From the NCBI GenBank assembly GCA_963807575.1, contig CAWECD010000013.1:113605-177604 (forward strand): DNA of 64,000 bases, given 5' to 3'. Shown piece by piece: positions 1 through 9,414 of the stretch. The notes under the pieces are model-generated. The model had not been told where the DNA came from. It made no database searches and saw only the letters and a list, made by a program, of their open reading frames with translations. The translations under genes were made by a program, and so were the position numbers. Source of the stretch: an uncultured Acidimicrobiaceae bacterium (GTDB lineage: Bacteria > Actinomycetota > Acidimicrobiia > Acidimicrobiales > Bog-793). The first letter of the stretch is position 1; each line of letters starts with the position of its first letter.

Positions 1-1408
1 GACCGCCCGCCACTATCGGCGGACCGTTCGGGCTCCCGTACGAGGGCGACCACACACGGTGGAACGCCATGGGCGAAGTCGTGACCTGGAACGCCTCGGT
101 CCCGCTCCCGCACGCCGCGTAGATGAAGACCCGGGCGCTGTGGCCGGTGGCGATGACGTCGGACGCGTCCGCACCGAAGTCACCACCCCCGGGGCACGCC
201 GGAGCGGTGTAGGCGCCCTGGCCGACACCACCGAGGTGCCCCTCGCTCATGACGTACCCGTAATCACCGCTCGGGGAGGGCTTACCGGCGACGAACAGAA
301 GTGAGGTTCCCGGCACATTGATCGGCCCGGCCGATCCGAGGTCCGAGTCCGTGCCGTTGAGCTGGACCCAATTGCTCGGTGCCCAGTAGGCGATCCGCTG
401 CAGCGCCGGCGAGAGCTCGATGACCGCGTCGCCCTCGTCGAAGTCTGCAGCCGCCTCGGAGCTCCCGTTGCCCGTGGCGACGTACAGGTCGCCTTGTGGC
501 GACACCACGGCCCCGTTCGTCTCCCAGATCGCGCCTTCGCGCTGGGTCGGGACCTGATAGCTCTCGAGCGGCCCTGCACCGGTGACCGGGAGGTCGACGA
601 GGTAACCGTGGTACTGGCCGCAGTCACCGTCGAGACCTCCGAAGCCGACGTAGAGCCGCCCGTTCGCGAGCGTGATCGCGGGGCGCTGCTGCTCGGCCGG
701 GATGAAGTAATGGCCGGGGTTGTTGGCAAACGGTGGGTCGATGTCGCGATGCCAGAGCACTTGGTGGCTCCTCAGGCTGATCGCCAGAAGCCAGTGGCGA
801 ATTCCCTGCCATCCCTTCTGGCCGGCCAGCTCCGTCTCCTCGGCGACAAAGATCTCGTCGGACGCGGCGTCGATGACGGGCGTGCCGGTGATCCCGAGCG
901 GGTCGATGTCCCCGCAACCTCCAGAGAGCGTGGGAGCCGAGTCGAACACGGACCTGGCCACCGAAGTCCCGACGTGCAAGTGCCAGAGCACCTTGCCGGT
1001 GCCGGCTGCGATCGCATAGACCGAGTCGTTCTCAGTGGCCACGTACACCGTTGCGCCGTAGACGAGCGGCTCACCGTAGACGCCACCGTCGAGGGAGTCG
1101 TCGTCCCAGACGGCCTTGGCCGACAGGTTCACGATCGGCGGGTCGACCGTGTCGTGACCCGAGCGCGTGTTCCCGTAGTCGTAGGTCCAAAGCTCGCCGA
1201 GTGGGGCGGCACCGGTCCGGTGCGCCCACGCGTGGTGGGTCTGAGCCGCGTTCAGCGGGGCTCCTCGAACCGTCCCTGGAGCACCGGCGCCGTTGGACGA
1301 CGCGGACGCCGAAGCACCCGGACCAGCCGTCATGACCAACGCGATCGCCGCCGCGACGGTACCGGCCACCAGCACGCCGCTCCTCAGGGAAAAGGACCGC
1401 CGTCCCAT
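1..1408 (-). CDS. Secreted PQQ-like beta-propeller repeat protein (C-terminus lies beyond window start)
   Basis: My own minus-strand translation from the ATG at 1408-1406 stays open to position 1. It is absent from the ORF track because no stop lies in the window. The N-terminus MGRRSFSLRSGVLVAGTVAAAIALVMTAGPGASA looks like a signal peptide. The body has blade-like motifs (YGATVYVATENDSVYAIAAGTGKVLW, ANGRLYVGFGG) typical of PQQ-like/BamB-type propellers. Confidence 0.6.
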   Translation of the reverse strand, partial: MGRRSFSLRSGVLVAGTVAAAIALVMTAGPGASASASSNGAGAPGTVRGAPLNAAQTHHAWAHRTGAAPLGELWTYDYGNTRSGHDTVDPPIVNLSAKAVWDDDSLDGGVYGEPLVYGATVYVATENDSVYAIAAGTGKVLWHLHVGTSVARSVFDSAPTLSGGCGDIDPLGITGTPVIDAASDEIFVAEETELAGQKGWQGIRHWLLAISLRSHQVLWHRDIDPPFANNPGHYFIPAEQQRPAITLANGRLYVGFGGLDGDCGQYHGYLVDLPVTGAGPLESYQVPTQREGAIWETNGAVVSPQGDLYVATGNGSSEAAADFDEGDAVIELSPALQRIAYWAPSNWVQLNGTDSDLGSAGPINVPGTSLLFVAGKPSPSGDYGYVMSEGHLGGVGQGAYTAPACPGGGDFGADASDVIATGHSARVFIYAACGSGTEAFQVTTSPMAFHRVWSPSYGSPNGPPIVAGG

Positions 1409-1498
1409 ATGATCTCCCGATCTCACATGCCAGGCTGGTTGACGGCCGAACCCGACTCTGGGTTCCTGGTTCCGCTGACGTCGCCGTTGAGCCGGCGG

Positions 1499-1981
1499 CT
1501 ACAAGCTGGCCAGCACCGATTCAGCAGAACTGACGGTCAGGCCCCCGGCTGGCTCGACCATGAGCGCTGTGACGACCCCGTCCTCGATGACAGCGGCGTA
1601 CCGCCGAGATCGCATCCCGAGGCCAAACCCGCTGCCATCGAACTCAAGACCCATCGCCCGGGTGAAGGCGCCATTGCCGTCGGCCAGCATGACGATCGCA
1701 TCGTCAACCTCCTGGTCGTCTGCCCAGGCATCCATCACGAACGCGTCGTTGACCGCCAAACAGGCAATGGTCTCCACCCCTTTGGCCCGCAGCTCGCCGG
1801 CACGGATGAGGTAACCGGGGAGGTGGTAGTCCGAGCAGGTGGGAGTGAAGGCACCGGGAACAGCGAACAGCACGACCTTGCCCCTACCGAGGACATCTCC
1901 GGTCCGGATCGGCTCCGGCGCCTCACTGCCCATCACCGAGATCTCGACATCGGGTATGCGGTCGCCAACAGAAATCGTCAT
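1499..1981 (-). CDS. Peroxiredoxin, Prx5-like (AhpC/TSA superfamily)
   Basis: The 160-aa ORF has the motif VLFAVPGAFTPTCS (peroxidatic Cys in the PGAFTPTC context) and a typical Prx5-type length. Confidence 0.9.
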   Translation of the reverse strand: MTISVGDRIPDVEISVMGSEAPEPIRTGDVLGRGKVVLFAVPGAFTPTCSDYHLPGYLIRAGELRAKGVETIACLAVNDAFVMDAWADDQEVDDAIVMLADGNGAFTRAMGLEFDGSGFGLGMRSRRYAAVIEDGVVTALMVEPAGGLTVSSAESVLASL

Positions 1982-2045
1982 GTCGCTCCTCCCACTTCAC
2001 AACTCGGCTCCCGTTCGAGCTCCGAACGGCCCGGAAGCTGCAAGT

Positions 2046-3728
2046 CTAAGCCCCGATCCACCGAAAGACATCTGGCGATCGTCTCTGGGGCGCTGAACCA
2101 GCTCAGATGAACCGGAGCTGGCGTCGAGGAGTCTGAGCGAGCCTCCGAAGCGACAGAGGGTGCGCGTCGGACCAGGCCCGATAAGGGACTGGGGAGGAGC
2201 ATCGTCTGCTGGCGCCGGGCACAGGGGGCGGGACGCCGTCGTCGCGCAGGGATCAGGCGCGTAGGCAGACGGCCGGCCGGGGAATGGAACGCAACCTTGC
2301 GAGGACCGTGTTGAACTGGTCCTCCCACGGCCATGCCCTCGGCAAATGCAGGGTCCTCCTGCCACCAGATGTGGTCATGCGCCCGGGTATGTTCAACATC
2401 CGCGTGCGTAGGGTCTTGGTGGTCATGGACGTGGCTTCAGAACCGAGGCCGATGCGACCCACCCAGCGGCCAAGGTTGTGGGCGATGACGTTGAGGGTCA
2501 TCCAGGCGGCATTGGCGCAAAAGCGTCCGGACGGCAGGTGGTTCATCCCGACGCCGTACTTCAAGTCTCTGATCACGTCCTCGACCACGGCGTGGCGGCG
2601 GTGATCGGCCTCGAGGGAGACCGTCTCGCCTGCACGGTCGGTGATGAACGGGTGGTAGTCGTAGGTTGAAAACAACGCCAGCTGACTACCCGGGGAGGGC
2701 CTCACCCGTCGCACGATGAGGCGAACCTCGGCGTGCTTTTCGGAGAAGGGCCGGTAAGTCGTCTCGGCCACATCGGCGCCGCCGTCGATCCAGTAAGGAA
2801 TCGGTGTCCAGTCCTCCTCTTTGATGGCGGCGATCGCCTTGTGCAATGCCTTGGAGGTCTTGACCGTGATGGAAAAGCTCACCCCCGCTTTTGCGCAGGC
2901 TTGGGTCACCTTGGAGCTGTAGAAGCCCGAGTCGGCTCTCAGTGTCATCGGCCCGGTTGCCCCCGCCCGGCGCACACGGTTGAACACCTGGGTGAGAAAG
3001 CCGGCCACGCCCCGGCCGGTATGGGCGTTGCCGCCCCGCAGGCGCACGCCCACGACCTCTTCGGTGCCGGCAACCGTCGCCAGGAGCGGGTGATAGCCAC
3101 GCCGACGGGTGTAACCGAAGCGGGCACCTTGCTTTTTGAGCCCGTAGGTCTCACAGATCGTCGAGTCCACGTCCAAGGTGACCGGCCCCTGCCCGGGCCC
3201 GGCACCGGCCGCCCAGGAACGGCGGAGCGACTCGTCGAACACCCGGTCCAGCTGGGCGACATGTCCCCAGGTGAACGATCTCAAGAAGATCCCGAGCGTG
3301 GACGGCGCCCGCACGCCGTGGCCAAATACCTCGGTCGTGGCGGCCACCCGCATCGCGTCCGCGTCCTCGATGCAGTCGCCACCGGCCAGAGCCGAGTAGA
3401 TCAGAGTCATCGCCTTGAGCCCGACGTTGGCGTGCCCGGGCCCAGCACCGAGGTGCACGTACTCGTCGAAGAGCTCTCGCAGCCCGAGATGATCGGCCAG
3501 CGTGGCCGGCTGGATCAGCCCGGCATTGGCGACGGCGTGGTCGTCGTCGAAGGTCACCGAAATCCGGTCTGGGCTGTGCGAAGATGAGCGCATCGAAATA
3601 GTGCCTTTCTTAAGGGGCATGGGTTGGTGTTGTGACCCCCATTTTCCCTTACAGGAAGGCACTTTTCGCGGATGCTAGGCCGGTCCTGACCTCCGGAACG
3701 CCCTATTTTTCGGTGGATCAGGGCTAAG
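2046..3728 (-). mobile_element. IS1380-family insertion sequence (~1.68 kb)
   Basis: It carries a single transposase ORF flanked by imperfect terminal inverted repeats. 2046-2066 is ctaagccccgatccaccgaaa, and the reverse complement of 3708-3728 is cttagccctgatccaccgaaa (19/21 match). Size and one-ORF layout fit IS1380. I could not see a target-site duplication. Confidence 0.8.
2253..3593 (-). CDS. IS1380 family transposase
   Basis: This is the 2253..3662 ORF with the start moved to the internal ATG (MRSSSHSPDRISVTFDDDHAVANAGL...). The N-terminus and the GGDCIEDADAMR motif resemble IS1380-type DDE transposases of about 450 aa. Confidence 0.85.
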   Translation of the reverse strand: MRSSSHSPDRISVTFDDDHAVANAGLIQPATLADHLGLRELFDEYVHLGAGPGHANVGLKAMTLIYSALAGGDCIEDADAMRVAATTEVFGHGVRAPSTLGIFLRSFTWGHVAQLDRVFDESLRRSWAAGAGPGQGPVTLDVDSTICETYGLKKQGARFGYTRRRGYHPLLATVAGTEEVVGVRLRGGNAHTGRGVAGFLTQVFNRVRRAGATGPMTLRADSGFYSSKVTQACAKAGVSFSITVKTSKALHKAIAAIKEEDWTPIPYWIDGGADVAETTYRPFSEKHAEVRLIVRRVRPSPGSQLALFSTYDYHPFITDRAGETVSLEADHRRHAVVEDVIRDLKYGVGMNHLPSGRFCANAAWMTLNVIAHNLGRWVGRIGLGSEATSMTTKTLRTRMLNIPGRMTTSGGRRTLHLPRAWPWEDQFNTVLARLRSIPRPAVCLRA

Positions 3729-3782
3729 GCCGCGCGGCTGAGGGCCGCGCGGCCAAGGTCTGCTCGCCTTAAAATTGGCACG

Positions 3783-4229
3783 ATGAGCGGTCCACGAGAC
3801 CTCTACCACCGCAAGGCCGACGCCTTGGAGAAGCTGTCTTCCGAACGTGACGTCTGGGTGGCCACGACGAGCGTGGGGTGCGAGCCCTGTCTCGTGCCGC
3901 TCTCCTTCGCCTGGGTCGACCAGCGGATCATCCTCGTCACGGCTCGCAACAACCGGACAGCCCGCAACATCGCCGCCACTGGTGCCGCTCACCTCGTGCT
4001 CGGCTCGACTCGGGACGTGGTCTCGGTGAAGGGCACCGCCGTAGTCCTCGAGTCGGGAGAAATCGCCGAGGAGGACGCGGATCGCTACTGCGCACATGCA
4101 GGTTGGGATCCGCGACCTGTGGACTCGATGGTCTGGATCATCTTCTGGCCGCGTCGCGTCCAGGTCTGGCGCGAGGTCGACGAGCTCGACGGGCGCACCG
4201 TCATGGAAGACGGGCGCTGGCTCGTCTGA
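3783..4229 (+). CDS. Pyridoxamine 5'-phosphate oxidase (PPOX) family protein
   Basis: 148-aa ORF. The pattern DVWVATTS...PCLVPLSFAWVDQRIILVT...RTARNI and its size resemble split-barrel PPOX/F420-dependent family proteins. Confidence 0.6.
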   Translation: MSGPRDLYHRKADALEKLSSERDVWVATTSVGCEPCLVPLSFAWVDQRIILVTARNNRTARNIAATGAAHLVLGSTRDVVSVKGTAVVLESGEIAEEDADRYCAHAGWDPRPVDSMVWIIFWPRRVQVWREVDELDGRTVMEDGRWLV

Positions 4230-4293
4230 AGCCTGGAGCATCTCGTGGCCGGGGCGCTCGCCAACCGTGCACCCAAAGGGCCGGACAGCTCCG

Positions 4294-4944
4294 TCAGTGC
4301 CGTCCCCAGTGCTCGAGCAAAGACGGCCCGACGTTGGCATCCAGCCAGTCACTGAGAGGCCGGGAGGTCCGGAAGAACTTGACAATCCTGTCCTTGGCGC
4401 CGGGCTTGCCGAGCCACGGCCCTGGCGGCCACTGCTCCCAGCTCGTGACGCCCTTGTAGCGCAGCAGCTCAATGCGCGGGTGGTCTTTCGGATAGCCCTT
4501 GGGTGCCGTCTTCAAAGCGTCGTGCCCCCCGGCTCGGATGCCCGCAGACCGCAGGACCGACAGCAGCTCGACAAGCGACTGGCCCGTGGTCTCGGCGGAG
4601 ACGGCCTCGCGATAGCGCTCCAGCTGATCCGGAGCCATCCTCCACATGCCGCTTCCCACCGCGAGGCCTTCCGCCGACAGCTGTACGTAGCCCCCGAGCT
4701 CGAGGGTCGCCGCGATGGTCGTCTTGTAAGGCGCTTTGTCCGCGCTGAACCGCACGTCCCTGTAGGGGCGGAAGAGCTTGCTCGCCCCGAACTCCGGCTC
4801 GAGCTCGACGAGCAGCTCGTTCATCGGCCGCAAAACGAAGTTCTCGTAGACCGACTTGTTCTCGTTCCAGTAGGTCTTGGAGTTGTCAGCCTCCAAGCCC
4901 TCGTAGAACTCGATCGCCTCGGCCGCCCATCCGCGAAAGCCCAT
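4294..4944 (-). CDS. DUF2461 (TIGR02453) family protein
   Basis: 216-aa ORF with the characteristic FYEGLEADNSKTYWNENKSVYE and FRPYRDVRFSADKAPYKT motifs. Confidence 0.8.
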   Translation of the reverse strand: MGFRGWAAEAIEFYEGLEADNSKTYWNENKSVYENFVLRPMNELLVELEPEFGASKLFRPYRDVRFSADKAPYKTTIAATLELGGYVQLSAEGLAVGSGMWRMAPDQLERYREAVSAETTGQSLVELLSVLRSAGIRAGGHDALKTAPKGYPKDHPRIELLRYKGVTSWEQWPPGPWLGKPGAKDRIVKFFRTSRPLSDWLDANVGPSLLEHWGRH

Positions 4945-5068
4945 ACCGGGAGCCTATCGAGCGGGATCGAACGCGTCGTTGCTCCGCAGCGGTTGCCACT
5001 TCGCCGTAAGGGCGCGCCGACCCGACGCCGACCCGGTCCTCGCCCTGGGTCGGGCAGAATGGCTCACG

Positions 5069-5884
5069 ATGAGCGACCCGGTCCCGACACAACAGGTCTC
5101 GACACAACACGCGGGCCGGATGCCGGCGCTCTACCTCGGTCACGGGGCACCGCCACTTCTGGACGATCCCCACTGGCCGGGCCAGCTCGCATCTTGGGCG
5201 GGGTCATTGAGGCGCCCGGCAGCGATCCTCATGATCTCGGCCCATTGGGAACGGGCCCCGCTCAGCATCGCGGCGACCACCACCGTGCCGCTCGTGTACG
5301 ACTTCTGGGGCTTTCCCGAGCGCTTCTACAAGCTGAGCTATCCCTCTCCCGGCGCACCGGCGCTGGCCGGCCGGGTACGAGAGCTGCTGTCAGCCCACCA
5401 GCCAATTGCCGAGTCGCCAGGGCGAGGGCTCGACCACGGCGCGTTCATCCCGCTCATGTGCATGTGGCCCGGAGCGGACGTGCCAGTCCTCCAGATCTCG
5501 ATGCCGAACCTTGCGGCGGAGGACCTGCTCGAGACCGGGCGACAGCTAGCCCCGCTTCGGGACGAGGACGTCCTCATCATCGGGAGCGGGTTTCTCACAC
5601 ACGGGCTCCCGTTCATCGACCCGAGCCGGTCCGACGACGACCCGCCGGCCTGGTCGGCGGAGTTCGACGCCTGGGCGGCCGAATGCATCGCCCTCAGGGA
5701 TTTCGACGCGTTGATGGACTACCGGCGCCGGGCGCCGGCCGTTGAGCTCGCCCACCCGACGGTCGACCATCTGGTACCGCTCTTCGTAGCTCTCGGAGCT
5801 GTGATCGACGCGCCCTCGACGATCGACACGACCATCGCGGGCTTCTGGTTCAACCTTTCCAAGCGGTCGTTCCAGCTCAATTGA
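5069..5884 (+). CDS. Class III extradiol dioxygenase (LigB/YgiD, 4,5-DOPA dioxygenase-like)
   Basis: This is ORF 4979..5884 with the start moved to the in-frame ATG at 5069 (MSDPVPT...). Motifs are LYLGHGAPP, ISAHWE, YDFWGFP and GLDHGAF. Confidence 0.8.
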   Translation: MSDPVPTQQVSTQHAGRMPALYLGHGAPPLLDDPHWPGQLASWAGSLRRPAAILMISAHWERAPLSIAATTTVPLVYDFWGFPERFYKLSYPSPGAPALAGRVRELLSAHQPIAESPGRGLDHGAFIPLMCMWPGADVPVLQISMPNLAAEDLLETGRQLAPLRDEDVLIIGSGFLTHGLPFIDPSRSDDDPPAWSAEFDAWAAECIALRDFDALMDYRRRAPAVELAHPTVDHLVPLFVALGAVIDAPSTIDTTIAGFWFNLSKRSFQLN

Positions 5885-5933
5885 GCGACGGGCGCGGACC
5901 AAAGGGGCCTCGAGTCCTCGGAGGCGGCAGGCC

Positions 5934-6695
5934 ATGAACGACGTCACCGGAATGCCACAAACGGTCGTCGTGCTCGGCGGCGGCTCCGATCTGTCCCGGG
6001 CGATCCTGCGTGCCCTCGCGGGCCGCCGGCTCGTCTCCGTCCTCCTCACGGGCAGGACCGTCGCCGGCTTGGAGGCCGCTGCCGAGGAGCTGCGCGGTCT
6101 CTCGGTCGCAAGCGTCGAGACCGAACAGCTCGACGTGACCGACATCGGTGCTCTCGAAACCTTCGCCGACGCGGCAGTCCAACGCCTCGGCGACATCGAC
6201 CTCGTATTGGTTGCCGCCGGTGAGCTCGACATGGCAGACCTCACGACGCTCGACGCCCGGAGGGTCGCTTCGCTCACGACGACGAACTTCACAGGCCCGG
6301 CAGCGGCGATGACCGCGTTCGCACGCGTGCTGCGCGCCCAGGGGCACGGCCGGCTCGTCGTGCTCTCCTCGGTCGCGGGATATCGCGTCCGTGCCGCCAA
6401 TTTCGTCTACGGGGCGGCAAAAGCCGGCCTCGACGGCTTCGCGATGGGCCTCGGCGACGCGCTCACCGGGAGCGGGGTGAGCGTGATGGTCGTGAGGCCC
6501 GGCTTCGTGAGAACGAGGATGACCGCGGGGCGCAAGGCGACACCGTTCGCGATCGACGCTCCCGAAGTCGCGCATGCGGTTGTGCGCGGCCTCGAGAAGG
6601 GTGCCGAGGTCGTCTGGGCCCCTCCTGTGCTCCGGTACGTGTTCGGGTTCCTGAGGCTCGCTCCGCGCTCGCTCTGGCGGCGCATGCCCGGCTGA
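5934..6695 (+). CDS. Short-chain dehydrogenase/reductase, DprE2-like
   Basis: 253 aa with an N-terminal Rossmann motif VVVLGGGSDLSRA, the catalytic motif YGAAKAG, and a C-terminal tail VWAPPVLRYVFGFLRLAPRSLWRRMPG like decaprenylphosphoryl-2-keto-ribose reductases. No DprE1 partner is in the window. Confidence 0.7.
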   Translation: MNDVTGMPQTVVVLGGGSDLSRAILRALAGRRLVSVLLTGRTVAGLEAAAEELRGLSVASVETEQLDVTDIGALETFADAAVQRLGDIDLVLVAAGELDMADLTTLDARRVASLTTTNFTGPAAAMTAFARVLRAQGHGRLVVLSSVAGYRVRAANFVYGAAKAGLDGFAMGLGDALTGSGVSVMVVRPGFVRTRMTAGRKATPFAIDAPEVAHAVVRGLEKGAEVVWAPPVLRYVFGFLRLAPRSLWRRMPG

Positions 6696-6906
6696 GCGGG
6701 GACCCGCGGTGCCCCCGGGCGCCGCCGGCCGGGCGCCAGCGGCCGAGCGCCGGCGGTAACCTTGCCGCGTGCGTATTTGATCCCCGCTCCGAACTTCGCC
6801 CACCGTCCGTCTCACCTTGGGGACAAATATGCCGAACGCACGCAACGCCCGCACTGCCTCCACCGCACGAGCTGCAACCCATGGCGCAGCGACCCATGGC
6901 GCAGCG

Positions 6907-8571
6907 ATGCTGGTCGCCCGAGGCGTGACCAAGTACCACGGTGTTCGGACGATCCTCGAGACGGTGAGCCTTTCCGTCGGCGCCGGGACGAGGCTGGGCG
7001 TCCTCGGGCCCAACGGCGTCGGCAAGACCACACTGCTGCGGATCCTCGCGGGCCTCGACCAGCCCGACAAAGGTCGTGTCACGCTCCTGCCCCCGGACGC
7101 CACGATTGGCTACCTGGCACAAGAACGCGAGGCCGTGGAGGGAGAGACGCTCAGCGAGTACCTCGCGAGGCGGACAGGCGTGGCCGAAGCACAAGCCGCG
7201 CTCGACAGGACGGTAGGCGCGCTGGCCGCCGCCGAGCCGGGCGCCGACGCCCGCTACACGGCCGCTCTCGAACGGTACCTCGCGCTCGGCGGCCCGGACC
7301 TCGAAGCACGGGCCGGAAGCGTCTGCGCGGACCTCGCTCTCCCGCCGTCACTGTTGGCGCTCGGCATGTCACAGCTTTCCGGCGGACAAGCGGCAAGGGC
7401 GGCGGTCGCGGCCCTCCTGTTGTCCCGGTTCGACATCGTCCTGTTGGACGAGCCCACCAATGACCTCGACTTCGATGGCCTCGAGCGACTCGAGGACTTC
7501 TTGGACGGCCGCGGCGGCGGGCTGGTCGTCGTGTCCCACGACCGGGCGTTCCTCGAACGCATCGTGACCTCGGTCGGAGAGATTGACCCCGGTTCTCACA
7601 GGCTGACGCTTTACCAGGGCGGCTGGCAGGCTTACGTCGTCGCCCGGGCCACGGAGCAACGCCACGCCGAGGAGGCTCACCTCGCCTACAGCACCGAACG
7701 GGACCGGCTCATAGCCCGAGCCCGCAAGCAACGACAGTGGGCCATCACGGGCGTCGCAAAGGCTGCCAAGGCTCCGAAGGACAACGACAAGGCGCAGAGG
7801 GACTTCCGGCTGAATCGCACCGAGAAACAAGCCTCCAAGGTCCGCTCGACCGAACGTGCCCTCGAGCGCCTCGCAGAGGTGGAAAAGCCCTTCGAGCCCT
7901 GGTTGCTGCGTCTCGAGATGGCGGCAGCGCCTCGCAGCGGCGACGTCGTCGCGCGCCTCGAGGACGCGGTCGTCTGGCGTGGGAGCTGGCAGCTCGGCCC
8001 GATCGACCTCGATGTCCGATGGGGCGACCGGCTGGGGGTCCTGGGGCGCAACGGAGCCGGCAAGACGACACTGCTCTCGATGATCCTCGGGACGATGCCG
8101 CTCGAGCAGGGCAAGCGGTGGATCGGTCCCCGGGTCGTGTTCGGTGAGCTCGGCCAGGCCAGGCGGCGCTTCGGCACGAGTGCACCGCTACTGGCCGGCT
8201 TCCTCGCCGCGAGCAGCTTGAACACCCGTGAGGCACGCTCGCTGCTCGCCAAGTTCGGGCTCGGGTCCGGTGAAGTGGAGCGCGCGTTCGGAACGCTGTC
8301 TCCTGGCGAGCGGACACGGGCACAACTGGCGCTCTTGATGTCCAAAGGCACCAATTGCCTTGTGCTCGACGAGCCGACCAACCATCTCGACCTTCCCGCC
8401 ATCGAGCAGCTCGAGACCGCGCTCACCAGTTGGAACGGCACGTTGCTCCTTGTCACCCATGACAGGCGCCTTCTCGACGCCGTCACGCTCACAGCGACTC
8501 TCGAGCTTGGCGCCGGCCCCGGCTCCGGTCCCGCACGCGTTTGGACGCGGGGATCTACGCTCGGGGAGTGA
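6907..8571 (+). CDS. ABC-F family ATPase (two ABC domains, no TM domain)
   Basis: There are two Walker A sites (GPNGVGKTT, GRNGAGKTT), two signature motifs (LSGGQ, LSPGE) and a charged inter-domain linker. I placed the start at the ATG at 6907 (MLVARGVTKYHG). The track ORF starts at 6817. Confidence 0.85.
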   Translation: MLVARGVTKYHGVRTILETVSLSVGAGTRLGVLGPNGVGKTTLLRILAGLDQPDKGRVTLLPPDATIGYLAQEREAVEGETLSEYLARRTGVAEAQAALDRTVGALAAAEPGADARYTAALERYLALGGPDLEARAGSVCADLALPPSLLALGMSQLSGGQAARAAVAALLLSRFDIVLLDEPTNDLDFDGLERLEDFLDGRGGGLVVVSHDRAFLERIVTSVGEIDPGSHRLTLYQGGWQAYVVARATEQRHAEEAHLAYSTERDRLIARARKQRQWAITGVAKAAKAPKDNDKAQRDFRLNRTEKQASKVRSTERALERLAEVEKPFEPWLLRLEMAAAPRSGDVVARLEDAVVWRGSWQLGPIDLDVRWGDRLGVLGRNGAGKTTLLSMILGTMPLEQGKRWIGPRVVFGELGQARRRFGTSAPLLAGFLAASSLNTREARSLLAKFGLGSGEVERAFGTLSPGERTRAQLALLMSKGTNCLVLDEPTNHLDLPAIEQLETALTSWNGTLLLVTHDRRLLDAVTLTATLELGAGPGSGPARVWTRGSTLGE

Positions 8572-8585
8572 ACGACACCGGGGCC

Positions 8586-9026
8586 ATGGCCGTGGCGTTG
8601 GGGGAGGCCGCGCTCGCCCTCGAACACGACGACGTGCCCGTCGGGGCGGTCGTGCTCGTCGGAGGCCATGTCGTCGCTCAGCGCCACAACGAACGCGAGC
8701 TGCGCAAGGACCCGACCGCCCACGCCGAAATCCTCGCCCTGCAGGACGCCGCGGAGTTGCTGGGCACCTGGCACCTCGACGGCGCCACGCTCGTTGTGAC
8801 GCTCGAGCCTTGCCCGATGTGCGCGGGAGCCGCGGTGCTCGCCCGCGTTAACCGCCTCGTCTTCGGCGCGTTCGACCCGAAGACGGGCGCCTGCGGCTCA
8901 CTGTTCAATCTGTGTGCCGATCCCCGCCTCAACCACGAGATCGAAGTCACCCGCGGCGTGAGCGCCGGTCCGGCCGGTGCGCTCCTGCGGGACTTCTTCG
9001 CAAATCGTCGCGACGCCCTGGGCTAG
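8586..9026 (+). CDS. tadA: tRNA adenosine(34) deaminase
   Basis: It has the HAE...PCPMCAGA zinc-binding deaminase motifs and is about 146 aa from the ATG at 8586. The track start at 8541 is a TTG that overlaps the ABC-F gene. A tRNA-Ser directly downstream is a common actinobacterial arrangement. Confidence 0.9.
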   Translation: MAVALGEAALALEHDDVPVGAVVLVGGHVVAQRHNERELRKDPTAHAEILALQDAAELLGTWHLDGATLVVTLEPCPMCAGAAVLARVNRLVFGAFDPKTGACGSLFNLCADPRLNHEIEVTRGVSAGPAGALLRDFFANRRDALG

Positions 9027-9036
9027 TCTGCCTGCC

Positions 9037-9123
9037 GGAGGGATGCGAGAGTGGCCGAATCGGGCGGTCTCGAAAACCGTTGTGTCCGTGAGGGCACCGT
9101 GGGTTCGAATCCCACTCCCTCCG
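9037..9123 (+). tRNA. tRNA-Ser (anticodon CGA)
   Basis: I folded it by hand. The acceptor stem is GGAGGGA/TCCCTCC. The anticodon stem is GCGGT/ACCGT with loop CTCGAAA, giving anticodon CGA. It has a long class II variable arm (TGTGTCCGTGAGGGCAC), a T arm GTGGG-TTCGAAT-CCCAC and discriminator G. CCA is not encoded. Confidence 0.9.
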
Positions 9124-9414
9124 CCGTTGTCAGAATCGCAACGTTCGGGCAGTTCATCGTACCGGCACACAGGCGCGCGGCAACTGCGGGACAGTGGGAC
9201 AACGCCATTGCACACGGGGCGCTTGCCATCCACCATCTGTGAGGACGCACTGCAGAGTTGAGGCGCTGTCATGTCGTTGTTCTCCAGTGGAACGGGTGCG
9301 ATACGGACGAGCGGTCAGCGACGATGCGGTCCGCATAGGGCGGACTTGTCCTGAGGTTCGCGATTCGCAACCAGCGCCTTCGAACTCTCCGATGGCGCGA
9401 TTCGCAGGCCACAG

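Noticed and set aside
494-2110. 538-aa plus-strand ORF
   Set aside because: It runs antisense to the PQQ-like propeller gene and the peroxiredoxin gene. Its product is Arg/Gly/Pro-rich with no motifs, which is the typical high-GC shadow ORF.
4096-5745. 549-aa plus-strand ORF
   Set aside because: It is antisense to the well-supported DUF2461 gene and then out of frame over the dioxygenase gene. The product is low-complexity and Arg/Pro-rich.
5546-7103. 284-aa and 408-aa minus-strand ORFs
   Set aside because: They are antisense to the dioxygenase, SDR and ABC-F genes, which have clear catalytic motifs, and they carry no recognisable domains.
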